From: Callorhinchus milii
Lineage: Eukaryota
Direction: 5' to 3'
Length of the DNA: 64,000 nt
NCBI RefSeq assembly: GCF_018977255.1
Contig: NW_024704742.1
Coordinates: 30,506,001 to 30,570,000, forward strand
Made by a program: the position numbers and the translations under genes. This document shows positions 13,013 through 24,636 of the stretch, one piece after another. The notes beneath the pieces were generated by a model, which was given only the letters and a program-made list of their open reading frames with translations, had not been told where the DNA came from and made no database searches. How positions within the stretch are numbered: the stretch's first letter is position 1; each line of letters opens with the position of its first letter.

Positions 13013-13769
13013 GAGGTATATACTCTACAAAATGAATGTGTGTTTGATGCAAACACAGAATATCAATTTACTAGCATTTCCTATTGACCCTATTGCATTA
13101 AAACTCTGGCTAAAGCATAAAATCTGCCCAAGGCTATGCATTGAACCCAAACTGGGGACACCCGATCTGGGGGTGGGAAATGAGGGGAGGTGGAGGAGAG
13201 GTAGGGGGAAGATGCAGTCAATGAAGTATGTTTTAAATATGCTTTAAACTAGGGGAGGGAGGGAGCACACGTATTGCACATTACTAATATGTGCCAAAAC
13301 AAGAGACAGCAGCATATTTGAGAAATGTGATCACTTTTTGTCAAGAGCTTTCTACCATTTTTATTCAGGTGTAGTAGTTACACAGAATGAAGGATTAAAT
13401 ACAGTAGTGCCGAGGCAAATGATTTGCAAATTTGCTCTTTTTAAACTCAGTTAATGCAAATCCTAATTCAAGCAGAACACGACTTGGCAAACCAGCCTCG
13501 CTTTCATCAAGAGTTGTATGTATTCGAAGTTACAATGCAGACTCCAGTTACTGCGTGGGACCAGCTCAGTTTGTGAACAGCTAATAACTGAGGGCTATAG
13601 ATAGGATGACTTGAGACAAATGTGGTCAAAACTGTCTCATTACAAAAATACATAAGTAGCTCAGTGTTTGAACAGGTCCCAAGTTTCCACTGAGTGGCCA
13701 GCATTGTGTGGGCCAGATTTTTGAACTGCGAAACCGTAGTGTGTGTATACGTGCTTGTGTGTTTATGTA

Positions 13770-14152
13770 GAATGTGGGTTCATGCCTTCATTTAGACTTT
13801 CAACTCATATAGTCTACATTGATGCTCCAATACAGTACAGACAGAGCCCCACATTGATGGAGGTGCAGTCCTTCAGATGAGATGTTAAACCCAGTCCCGT
13901 CTGCCTGTTCAGGTTGATGTTAAACATCCCATGGCAATACTTGAAAAGAGAGGGAGTCCTGGCCAACACTCTGCTGAATAAAAATTGGTCTTTCCTATCA
14001 TGGCTGATTGTGGGACTTTGCTGTGGGCAAACTGGCTGCCTTATTTGTCTAAAAAATACACAGTCACTTCAGTTCCAGTAAATCCTGTGAAGCACTTTGA
14101 GAGATTTCAGTGAAATGATGAGTTGCTGTATCAAATGCATGGCTTATTATAT
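13770..14152 (+). mobile_element. SINE family B
   Basis: GGAGGTGCAGTCCTTCAGATGAGATGTTAAACC core and tail. Confidence 0.82.
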
Positions 14153-14182
14153 ATACACACAGGATGTTGGGTGTGTATATAA

Positions 14183-14346
14183 CAGTAAACCCCTGATAAC
14201 TCGACCCTGACTTAATTGGTTATTACCACTTAAGTCATCATACTGTCAATATTGCGGCCGCATTTACTGTATTTATATACGTGTGTAACTCGCCACTCTG
14301 AATAATTCGCCACTGAGCCCTTTTACCGTGGAGTGATGAGTTATCA
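14183..14346. mobile_element. Possible Tc1/pogo(Tigger)-type non-autonomous element remnant
   Basis: Begins CAGTAAACCCCTGATAACTCG (pogo-like CAGT end); internal TAACTCGCCACT/TAATTCGCCACT repeats; inverted GAGTTATCA at 14338-14346. Confidence 0.4.
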
Positions 14347-14474
14347 CCTGGGCCAACAGAAAAGTGTGGCTGCACTTTTCCCGGGGAATCCGCTACTGAC
14401 GTCCTTCTCCACTGCAAACCCGCTCCAAATGTATTTCTGGCCCCGGGCCTCTCGCTGTTGACCTGATGTCACTC

Positions 14475-14718
14475 TGAATGTGTGTGTCTCTCTTTGTGTC
14501 TCTGAGTCTCTGACTGTGTTTGTCTCTCTTTCTGTGTCTCTGAGCGTATGTGTGTCTCTCTCCTCCTGAGAATGTGTGTCTCTGTGTCTGTGAGTGTGTG
14601 TGTCTCTCTGTGTCTGTGAGTGTGTCTCCGTGTCCGTCAGTGTGCGTCCCTCTGTGTCTGTGACTGTGTCTCTGTATCCGTCAGTGTGTGTGTGTCTGTG
14701 TGTGTCTCTGTGTGGTGT
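14475..14718. repeat. Compound (TG/TC)n microsatellite
   Basis: Directly visible. Confidence 0.95.
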
Positions 14719-14721
14719 TTC

Positions 14722-14855
14722 GCTCCCTCTCTTCCCTCCCCTCACCCTGATCATTTCCCCCCTGCTCGGGTCCTGACCCAACTGTCCAGCGCCTTGGGAC
14801 GTCCTCCCGACGTGAAAGGCGCTCTATAAATGGAATCTTGTTGCTGTTGTTGCTG
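14722..14855 (+). mobile_element. Young L2 3' UTR and tail with intact stem-loop
   Basis: AGCGCCTTGGGACGTCCTCCCGACGTGAAAGGCGCT (14788-14823) followed by TTG-type repeats. Confidence 0.85.
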
Positions 14856-14925
14856 TCCCTGAGAGGTAGGAGGTGGTGAGCTCCTGTAGCCTCACTGATG
14901 TGTTGCCCCACCCACCACCCTCAAT

Positions 14926-15022
14926 AGCAATTCCCTGCAATTTTCTGCAAAATTTGTCAAACATTTGTCACAAATTTCCCACAAATTTTCAAATCTCCCA
15001 GCAATTTTAGGCAAATATTTCT
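14926..15022. repeat. Degenerate ~11-12 bp minisatellite (CAAATTT/GCAATTT core)
   Basis: gcaattccct gcaattttct gcaaaatttgt caaacatttgt cacaaatttcc cacaaatttt... Confidence 0.6.
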
Positions 15023-15444
15023 ACTCTTTTCTATTGGCCCAGATTATCAGTAATATATACATCAGTACAGTACATATACACACATAGACAAACGCACACA
15101 TATAAACCACGTATAGAAATACACAATCGTACAAATGTTGAGGAGGGTTCTGTGTGACTGTCTCCAACACATTTTGTCAGTCAGTCCTATTCCAGTATAA
15201 TCACTGGCTCATGAAAAACATCACTGCATTTGAAACCACCTTTGCAGCCTACCCTGCTGTCAATGATTAACAACGGAAACAAGTTAAGCTTTAAAAAAAC
15301 AAAGCGCGAGTTTGTGTAGAGGAAACCACACAGAGGGAGTGTTACAGTCAGTCTGGACTAATAATCTCTTAACAGTAATCGTCAGTCAGCGTTGATCATG
15401 TTAATTCCATTCAAAGTACTCTGAGCCTATTCTTGTTGTTGTTA

Positions 15445-16129
15445 TGACCCGTTCCACCTTCCCACACCTCTGCAACATTGCCCGCCTCTGCCACTGCCTC
15501 TCACCACAGGCCGCCGAGACTCTGATCCATGATTTCATTATGTCCCAGATTGACTTCGCCAACTGCCTATTCATTGGACTTCCAACTCTTCCCTCCACAA
15601 GCTTCAAATTATTCAGAACTCTGCAGCTCGTGTCCTCTCCCACACCAGCCTCCGAACCTATCACCCCCGTTCTTGCCTGGCTTCACTGGCTCCTCATTCC
15701 TCAGAGAATCGAGTACAAAACCCTCATTCTTACCTTCAAAGCCCACCACGGTCTTGCTCCCCCCCCCACCTCTCTGACCTCAGAACCCCATTTCAGCCTA
15801 TACGCTCCCTCTGCTCGGCGGTCACCGGCCTGCTTCAGGACCCCGCACTTCCCACCCCACCGTTGGCGGTCAGGCTTTCAGCATCTTTGCCCCCACACTC
15901 TGGAACTCTATCCTGCAATCCCTCCACCTCACCCCCTCTCTTGCCTCCTTCAAGTCCCGTTTTGAAGATCTTCCTCTTCAAAGTTATCCTTCGGCCACCT
16001 TCCCACCCCCACCCCCCTGCCATCCTCTCCTTTTGACCCCAACTCCGGTACCAAACCCCTGATTGTTCTATGCCCTGTGACGTCTTTCCAACGTGAAGAG
16101 TGCTGTACAAGTGTAATTTGTTGTTGTTG
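15445..16129 (+). mobile_element. L2 LINE 3' fragment
   Basis: HLCNIARL...AAETLIHDFIMSQIDFAN...LHWLLIPQRIEYKTLILTFKAHHGLAP; (TTG)n tail. Confidence 0.9.
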
Positions 16130-16392
16130 AGCCTGCAGCTGGGATTCATGTGTTGCTAGTTCTTATGAAATTACATTTAAGGAAAGCTTAGAGGCTGAGG
16201 ATACATCTGTCCCATCAATGAGTCTCCACACCAATCAGCCCCATAGAGCGAGGCAAATGTCAGTGGGTGCACTGGATACAATTGACATGTACACAGTGCC
16301 TTTTATGTCAAGAGGGCATATCAAAGCGCTCAACACTGCTGGTTGGGCACCTGAGCTGGGGGTGGGTGGGGAGGAAAACATATAGGTCTGTT

Positions 16393-16710
16393 GTGGTGTC
16401 CTGTACCTCAGTGGTTAGAGCACTCACCTTGCAAGCGAGACACCTGGGTTCAATTCCAGGCAGGGCGAAACCTTGGGCAAGTTCCTTACTCCACACGCCT
16501 AATAATAATCCCTCCAAAACAAAATAATAATAAATTGGTCATGTTTAATCCACGACCGTTTGTGGGACACCGCTGTGCGCAATTGGCTGCCGCGTTTCGC
16601 TCACAAATATACAGTCAATTCACTTTACAGTCTATTCCGTGATGCGCTTTGAGACGTTGAGAATACGTGAAAAGCGCTATATCAAGTGCAAGGATTATTA
16701 TTTATTACTA
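16393..16710 (+). mobile_element. SINE family A, short form, full length
   Basis: A/B boxes, CTTGCAA anticodon-like loop, (TTA)n tail. Confidence 0.9.
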
Positions 16711-17542
16711 CTCACAGCATGGAGATCTAAATCCATTGCCGCAGAGCAGGCTGACCAGTTTGTACACAAGTGACAGAGGCAGCTGGAGTTTGGTCAGCCT
16801 CAGGGTTCTATTTATAAGACTTGCAGGATGTCATCCACCTAAACATAAAAACAACTTGAAAGATATGAAAGCTCGTGAGAGTGTGTTCTGGCTGCTTTGC
16901 GAGATTACTTTCATGGTGCTGTCATACCTGTGAAAAGTGATATTTGTTTTAAACATACTGGCACTTGCTGCATAGCAATGCTGATCAATTTAAACACAAT
17001 GAGTGGTAGGAGTATATAATAAGCCTTGCAGTTGATATGGCATCTTATCACATCGTCAAGATGCCTCAAAGCAATCTTTAATGTCCATCTGAATAGGCAG
17101 ATGGGACCTTGGTTTAACGCCTCATCCGAAGGACGATCTTTGACAATGCAGCACACCCCCAGCACTGCACTATATAGGTTCCAAGCATTTCTTCAACGCC
17201 CACCACCCCAACCCAACACACACACACACTCACATTTATATCATCATTTCTTTAAGACTTTTTGGTCACCCTGTACAAGTGACCTGCATCAGATATATCA
17301 AGTTATGCAATGCTAAAATAAGGTCATTTCTGCAACCTCATATTTCTATGTCGCTGCCTGTGGATTGAGTGTACTGATGGGAGGTTGGAGCATGTTTTAC
17401 ATTGAATTGCACGGCAGCATCCCACGAGCAATGCACAAGTTCTAATTCAAAGGCTGCATTTTCGACAATTTTGCGCTTACTGAAAATGAAGACTTAGTCT
17501 CTTTAAAATGCAACTCCCTTTAAAAGTAGCAGTGCAATTATT

Positions 17543-17772
17543 AATAATAAAAATAATCCTTGGATTTGATAATAGCACCTTATCACATCGTCGAGACATC
17601 CCAAAGCTCATCACAGGATACATTGTAAAGTGGATTGACTGTGTATTTTGTGGGAGAAATGCGCTAGCCAATTGCACACAGCAGTGTCCCACAAACAGTT
17701 GTGGATTGAGTGACCACATTTTTTTTGAGGGATTATTACCCCTGGAAAGGGATGCGCCAATTGACTAACAAC
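17543..17772 (-). mobile_element. SINE family A, long form, 5'-truncated
   Basis: Collinear with 12632-12875. Confidence 0.82.
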
Positions 17773-18341
17773 CAATTAACAACCTTGGAAGAGAATTTTT
17801 TTGAGAGACATGAACAAAAATCCCTCAGGAACTTTCTATCTGTTTGATCATCCCAAGTCTGAGCTACCTGCACTGCAGCCTGTCAACCATTCATTATGTG
17901 CTTTCCCAGATCAAGTTAGTACAACAGCTCATACTTATTTTATAGGGCTGTTCCTGCAGAGTAATAATAAACACGTAGAGACACTTTAATAGATAGCTGA
18001 CAGACTCTGATAATGGCACATCCACTCCATGAATTTCTTTCTTCACAAATAAAGCTACTGAAGTTATCGTCTCAACCAGTCTTTTAAATGCCAGTGATGG
18101 TTTCCGTGGAAACAGGGCTGAATCTCTCTCTCCTTTTGGCTTAAATATTAACAGCCCAGCCAGCAGCTTCAAAACAATTAAAAGGGACAGCGCTCTACAG
18201 ATAAAGCATTACAGAGAACTGTCCATCAAAAAAGTATTCATTTGTGATGATCTGATTTTGAAAAAAAATCTAATATAATCTAATAATATAAAAATGATCA
18301 ATGATTAGAACGTATCAATGCTTAGAATTGTGTCGTGTATC

Positions 18342-18748
18342 AGCCTGGCTCAGTTGGTAGCACCCTCCCCTCTGAATCAGAACGTGTGGGTTCAAGCCCC
18401 ATGTTGGGACTTGGAATCACATACTCGACGCTGACGCTCCAAAACAGTGCTGGGACGAGGGGGTTGCATTGTCGGAGGTGTTGTCCTTCAGGTTATGTGT
18501 TAAACTGAAATCCTGGACATTAAAGATCCAATGGCTCGATTCAAAAAGAGAAGGAAGTTTCTCCCTGTGTTCTGGCCAACAATCCCCAAAATGAAATTGG
18601 TCTATTTGTGGGACATTACTGTGCGTAACCAGTTACCCCATTTTGTCCACAAAATAGATAAGTCAATCCACTTTACAGCATATCCTGTGAAGCACTTAAG
18701 ACAACTCGACAATGTGGTTTGGCGTTATATCAAATGCAATTATTATTT
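18342..18748 (+). mobile_element. SINE family B, full length
   Basis: GCCTGGCTCAGTTGGTAGCAC A-box, GGTTCAAGCCC B-box, core, tail. Confidence 0.85.
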
Positions 18749-19496
18749 TTGGAATATTATGCAGAAAAAGTGGTCCATGACTGGTGCAATACCACACCTC
18801 TCTCAAGCAAAATCCTCAGCAGCTCATCACAGTAACTCTAATGGATTGTACCTGTACTGCTGGATTGTGCACTGCTCTGCCTTCATAAAGGCTTTTTTGT
18901 TGGTTAGTCTGGTTTCTGACACAACACAACAACAAACAACAAATTACATCTGTATAGTGCCTTTCACGTCCCAAGGCGATGAAACATGCGGAAACCCATC
19001 ACTATGCTCAAGTACATTGTACTGAAGATTAAAATTAAAACAACAACAACAAATTACATTTGTATAATGTCTTTCACATGAGCATGGCTAAAATAATCTC
19101 TCATTCGAAAGTCAGCCATGACATTTCAGAGTGCTCCCATCCACGTGACCCCTGATGCCCACAGTGTTACAATATTTATGCAACAGATGGGCCAAAGGCT
19201 ACAGAACACATCCATGACTTGTGTGCTGTGTGGTTGGGTGCACTCACTGTGCTTCTCTCACATCGTGCTGTGAGACACCTTGTAGCTATCAGTCCGTGAC
19301 TCGGTTGCCCCGCTGTTTACTGAACACATTATTTGCGCCCTCATTGTTTCAACGTAATAACCCTGAAGTCGCAATGAACAAAGTCTATTAATACCACAAT
19401 GCAGGATGTCTTTTTGAACTCAGTTCAAATTCCTGCTTAATGCTGTGACTGTCTGTTCAGCTCCTGCTATTTCAAGATTGGTTTGCTGTACGTGGC

Positions 19497-19759
19497 AATT
19501 TTCCAGGCAGGGCGAAACCTTGGGCAAGTTTCCTTACTCACACACCTAATAATAATCCCTCCAAAAAACAAAACAATAATAAATTGGTGATTTTCAATCC
19601 ACGACTATTTGTGGGACACTGCCGTGTGCAATTGGCTGCCACGTTTCGCCCACAAATATACGATCAATTCACTTTATAGTGTATTCTGTGAAGCACTTTG
19701 AGACGTCGAGAAGATGTGAAAAGCGCTATATCAAATGCAAGGATTATTATTATTATTAT
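19497..19759 (+). mobile_element. SINE family A, short form, 5'-truncated
   Basis: Collinear with 16450-16710. Confidence 0.88.
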
Positions 19760-20487
19760 TGAAACTGCAAGTTCTGTTTGAACATCCAAATAGCAGGGAG
19801 GTGACCTGACGACTGAATTATGAGATTATCAAACTATGATAATGTGAGCTATTGAGCTAGTTCCCTGCAGTGACATTGATTTTTACATAAAATTGATCAG
19901 ACTTATTTTTATCTGTTCAATTGCATTCATTTTTAAATGAGCATAGCTCAGTGTCTGAATGAGGCCCCCATTCATATCATTTTCCACTTGGGACAATTAT
20001 TTGAGCTGTCAAAAATACAGCCAATATTCCGAACCAAATCAGGAGCAGCCTCCTCTGGTGCAAGACTCAGAAGACGAGATCTCCAATCTACATTGAAGCA
20101 AAAAGAGGCTGTGCAGCATCTGTGAACACAGATTCCAAAACAATATTCACCTCAGGGTGCTAACAGTGAGATTGTAAATTCTTGTCAGGGGAAGCACTAT
20201 ACAATACATAAGGTGACAGTGCTCAGCTTCCTCACACAGTCGAGAATCTGCTCCTACTATATTTGAGCAAGAGTTACGTTTACTCAGTCAAAAAGGGAGA
20301 TGATTTACCATTTCTAACAGGAGTCTTTAAAAAGGAAACAAAGTGACGCTGATCCATGGGAATGTCTCACTTGATTTCCCTGTTAAGGAATCTAGCTGAA
20401 AATCAACACATAAATCCCAATCTCTCCTACAACCCTCCCCCCACCCTCCTTCCCACATACACACATACATAATTCAAATATGAATTC

Positions 20488-20885
20488 TAATAATAATAAC
20501 AATAGTCCTTGCATTTGATATAGCGCACTATCATGTCGTTGAGACATCTCAAAGAGCTTCACGGGATATACTGTAAAGTGGACTGTCTGTGTATTTTGTG
20601 GGTGAAACACAGCAGCCAGTTTCAACAGAGCAATGTTCCACAAATAGCCATGGAGAGAGTGACCAATTATTTGCGAGATTTGTTGGCCAGGACACCAGGA
20701 GAAACTCCCTTTTCTTTTTGAATAGTGCTACGGGATTTTTAACATCCACCTGAACAGGCAGATGGACCTCGGTATAAAGTCTCCCCCAGCATTGCATTGG
20801 AGTGTCAGCATAGAATATGTTGTGGGCTTGAACCCACAACCTTCTGACTCAGAGGCGAGATGGCTACTACTGAGCCAGGCTGACA
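20488..20885 (-). mobile_element. SINE family B, full length (further fragment at 20940-21225)
   Basis: Tail to head (CTGAGCCAGGCTGAC) collinear with the other copies. Confidence 0.86.
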
Positions 20886-21404
20886 CACACTATGAAATGC
20901 GAAGTAACAAAGATCTGAACACTTGCTCTCCAGACAGAATAATAAGCCTTGCTTTTCATATAGCACATTGTCAAGCTGTCAAAATGTCTCAAAGCACTTC
21001 AAAGATTTACAATAAAATGCTTATTGTAGGTGGATGCTCCAGCCAATTTGTGTACAGCATTGTCCCATGTACAGCCAAGAAGTGAATCATCAATTTTATC
21101 TGGGGGAATATTGATCAGGACACTGGGAGAAACTCTCTTCTCTTTTCAAATAGTGCCAAATTTTAATAAGGGGATCTTTTACGTCCACCTGAAAAGACAG
21201 ATGGGACTTCAATTTAACGTCCCATTCAGTATCTCTAATAATCCAGTCCTCCCCCATACATCCTGTGAAGCATTCTACCAACATTTCAAAGATGCTATAA
21301 CAGATGCAAGAATTATTTTTTTATATCACAAAGCATCTTCAGTTATATAGCAAGGTTGGAAACAAAAACAGACAATAATTCTTAGAGAAAGGGTGAGAGA
21401 ACTT

Positions 21405-21525
21405 GGGGCAGTAAATACTTAGGAAGAGTATTATAGAGAAGAGGTAGGGAAATGGGATTAAAAGATCTGGTGAACTGGTGAAACTGGCTCAATGGGCTGA
21501 ATAGCTCCTCCTATTCTTCTCATCC
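21405..21525 (+). mobile_element. CR1 3' UTR remnant
   Basis: GGGAAATGGGATTA...AATGGGCTGAATAGCTCCTCCT, similar to 37215-37290. Confidence 0.55.
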
Positions 21526-22084
21526 TATTAACTATGGGGAGAGGGGGAGAGAGACTTTTTTCTACAAAAAGCTTTTAAGTTTTTTCAAAGTAGAGGATAA
21601 AACCATAAGCAATTTAAACTATTTCCTCTGTGCAGCCAGTAGTAGCAGCGAGTATTCCCAGATCAGACACAGCATGAGATAAAACACAAGGTTTCATCTC
21701 CACTGTCCCCAAAGCGTCTCTCAATAGTAACTGCAGATGAGTATCAGTAGGACGCCATCATTTCCCTCATTGCATGACCTTTCGGCATGAGAATGCACTA
21801 ATTAATGTGGAGTCTAGTTCTGGGCTATTGAATCCTTGTCCACTGATAAATGAAATGAGAATGCCTGATTAAAATTTGCTTGAAACCCTGAACAGTCATC
21901 ACACACAACTCTAGCTGCTCAAAAACATTTCCAAAGTCACACAGATCCCCTAAACATGTCAATTGTAAGCTGCAAAACCAACAAGGTTTCATAAAAGAGC
22001 CAATTAAATAACTGCCCGTCCTGCCAGATTTATTTCTGTGTTCACAAGAATGCTGGATTTCGTTAAATCAGACTGCACACGTAC

Positions 22085-22164
22085 CTGAGGTTAATGGTCA
22101 AGGTTTGCTCCTCTGACTTCAGCAGGTCGCCTACTACAAACGTAGCAGATCCCAGGAAGCTTCG
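22085..22164 (-). CDS. INPP4B: INPP4B internal coding exon (80 nt, phase 0-2): RSFLGSATFVVGDLLKSEEQTLTINL(R/S)
   Basis: Minus strand ctttttattctttctgggttacAG|CGAAGC...AACCTCAG|GTACGT, open frame. Matches recalled human INPP4B [27 protein letters not shown]. Same strand, correct order and compatible phase with the 52832-52948 exon. Confidence 0.92.
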
Positions 22165-23042
22165 CTGTAACCCAGAAAGAATAAAAAGTCTTCATTAGCT
22201 TCAAAATCCATGAACATGACAGCTTCAGCACAATGTCCTGCCTTACAACACAACACAACAACAAGACGGAAGAAGGAAACAGCTGAGTAGATCTATTACC
22301 CTGCTACAATTCACTTGTAGATCAGTGACAGAGCTATCAATAATGTTTGGCTTAATTTACTTCTGGAAAGCAGGGTACCTTTCACATTACCAGAGATCAA
22401 TCTGGGACTGAATGGGAAAACAGTGAACTGGAGAATAAAAATGTTGCCTTTTTATAATTTAAAAACATGGGAAGTCAAGGAGTGACCACCTCAGTCACAA
22501 AGTGACATCCAGCTTCGATTCAACACCTACATCTTTGATCGCGCCTTTTTCCCCTCCCCACCCCTTTGACTCCCATCCCCAGCTCAGGTACTCAGCCACC
22601 AGTGTCAGACTCTTTGAGACATCCTAACGATATGAAAGGTAAACGCAAATTTGTATTTGTGTTTTCAGGATAAAAACAAGCTTTGCAGGAAATCGTTTTA
22701 AACAGTGTTGAACACTTACATGTCTCGGGGCCCAATGTCCTGAATGATCAAACAACTACAAAATAATCACATACTCGCAGCCTTTGTTTCATAATTTGAT
22801 GATAAAGCAATCCCAGAACTTGAACACTTAACAGCCTGACCAGAAGGTCATGGGTTCGTGTCCCACCACTCTAAACTGAGTGCTTGCCTGTCAGGATGGT
22901 CAGGAGCCTTCTGGCTGATCACAACCAACATTGGTGACTTCTGTGAAAACATTGCATTTGATGTAGTGCCTTATCACATCTTCGAGATGTCTCAAAGCGC
23001 TTCACAGAACATACTGCAAAGTGAATTGACTGCACATTTGAT

Positions 23043-23163
23043 GTGAACTTCAACCAAACAATGTGACAGTCAAATTTTGGGTGAAGAAGAAAAACTAAGT
23101 ATTTCTGACATGTTTCTGAGAGGACCTTTAACCCGTGAAAGTAAAGTGTGCATCCGTTTTTAA
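23043..23163 (+). repeat. Local direct duplication, copy 1
   Basis: 121 bp with 8 substitutions versus 23815-23935. Confidence 0.92.
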
Positions 23164-23814
23164 GATTCCTTTACAGCTGAAGGATGATACTGACCAACAG
23201 ACCAAGCATGTCAACATAAGTGACCAATGAGTCACCAATTAAATTGTGTAAATATAGTTCTTTTGCATATTTCACTAATGTTCATTTTCCTGACGTTTAC
23301 GTGTTGTCAGGTACTGGATGGCATCTCACCAAAGAAGTGCATGCCCTGTCAGTGTCAGCCCAACTCTCACATCCTATGAACTGGATGAAGCTGTGCAAAG
23401 GCAAGAGGCTGTGTGGGATGAGTGTGCTTGTGTTTGTGTGCAAGTGAGTGATTGAGTGTCCAAGTGAGAGTTAATGTGCGAGTAAGTAAGCAACCATATA
23501 TCCGGGAGAAATAAAGTGAAGCAAAATGAAAATAGAAACCCCTTATGCAACAAGTGGTCATCACCCTGTGAGTTATTGACACAGTGCTTTCACCTCAGCT
23601 TTTTTGTGTAAATGAGATGATATAATAACCACAATCAAACTCTTTGAGTGTGACAGGAAATGCTCCTGACTTTTTAACGGACAGAGAAATCCTCAATGAG
23701 ATTTGTGCAGAAGAGACTTATCGCTTTGCTAATAATAAAAATAATAATAATCCTTGCATTTGATATAGCGCCTTATCATGTCTTCGAGCCATTTCAAAGC
23801 GCTTCACAGAACAG

Positions 23815-23935
23815 GTGAACGTCAACCAAAAAATGTGACAGTCAAACTTTGAGTGAAGGAGAAAAACTAAGTATTTTTGACATGTTTCTGAGAGGACCTT
23901 TAACCCGTGAAAGTAAAGTGAGCATCCATTTTTAA
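23815..23935 (+). repeat. Local direct duplication, copy 2
   Basis: 121 bp with 8 substitutions versus 23043-23163. Confidence 0.92.
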
Positions 23936-24289
23936 AAGTAGTTTCTGCTGGAGTTGCTCATTTAAATTTGCAAAATGACCTGCTAAGGGCATTTTCTTCG
24001 GTTCCATCATGTTCTGTGCTTTTGTTCTGTATATTTGAAAACCATGATCCCATCTGCCTGGAGAGAGCATTTATTTCGGGTACAAAACTACAAGGAAACA
24101 AGGAGTGGGTCCTGTTACACTATTACTCGCAATGTATACTATTACACAGAATCAGCCAGTACGCAGCACAGGCTGCTTCCCTCAGGTGCCTGCAGACTAT
24201 CAGCTGAAGGAGAGACACAATCATTAGTTTACGGCTGACTAAGCTTATTTCTAGACTTCATACTAATGTGCACAAATAGACTCCACAGT

Positions 24290-24636
24290 TACCAGTGACT
24301 GTATTTCTAGGCAAATGAGGCAGTCAATTTGCGCACAGCAGTGTCCCACAAATACTAATGCAATGAGTGACCAATTTTATTTTAGGGGATTGTTGGCCAG
24401 GACACCAGGAGAAACTCTCTTCTCTTTTTGAATAGTGCCATGGAATCTTTACCATCCAACTGAACAGACAGACAGGGCATCAGTTTAACGTCTCACCTAA
24501 AGGACTGCAACACTGACCCCAGTATTGCATTGGAGAGTCAGCCCAGACTATGTGAGTTTTAAAGTCCTAATGTGGGGCTTCGACCAACAACCTTCTGACT
24601 CAGAGACGAGAGAGCCACTAACTGAGCCAGGCTGAC
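24290..24636 (-). mobile_element. SINE family B lacking its tail
   Basis: Core and head collinear with 20580-20885. Confidence 0.85.

Noticed and set aside
14344..14829. Long overlapping ORFs rich in T/H/R/D or C/V/S
   Set aside because: Artefacts of the TG/TC microsatellite.
16393..16470. tRNA-Ala(UGC)-like cloverleaf with A and B boxes (also at 8158, 27720-27795, 43160-43236, 59315-59390)
   Set aside because: Always continuous with SINE body and tail, with imperfect T and acceptor stems; these are SINE heads, not tRNA genes.
22719..22738. Minus-strand 20-nt AG...GTAAGT exon-like segment near the 80-nt exon
   Set aside because: Not a multiple of three, and the acceptor is weak.
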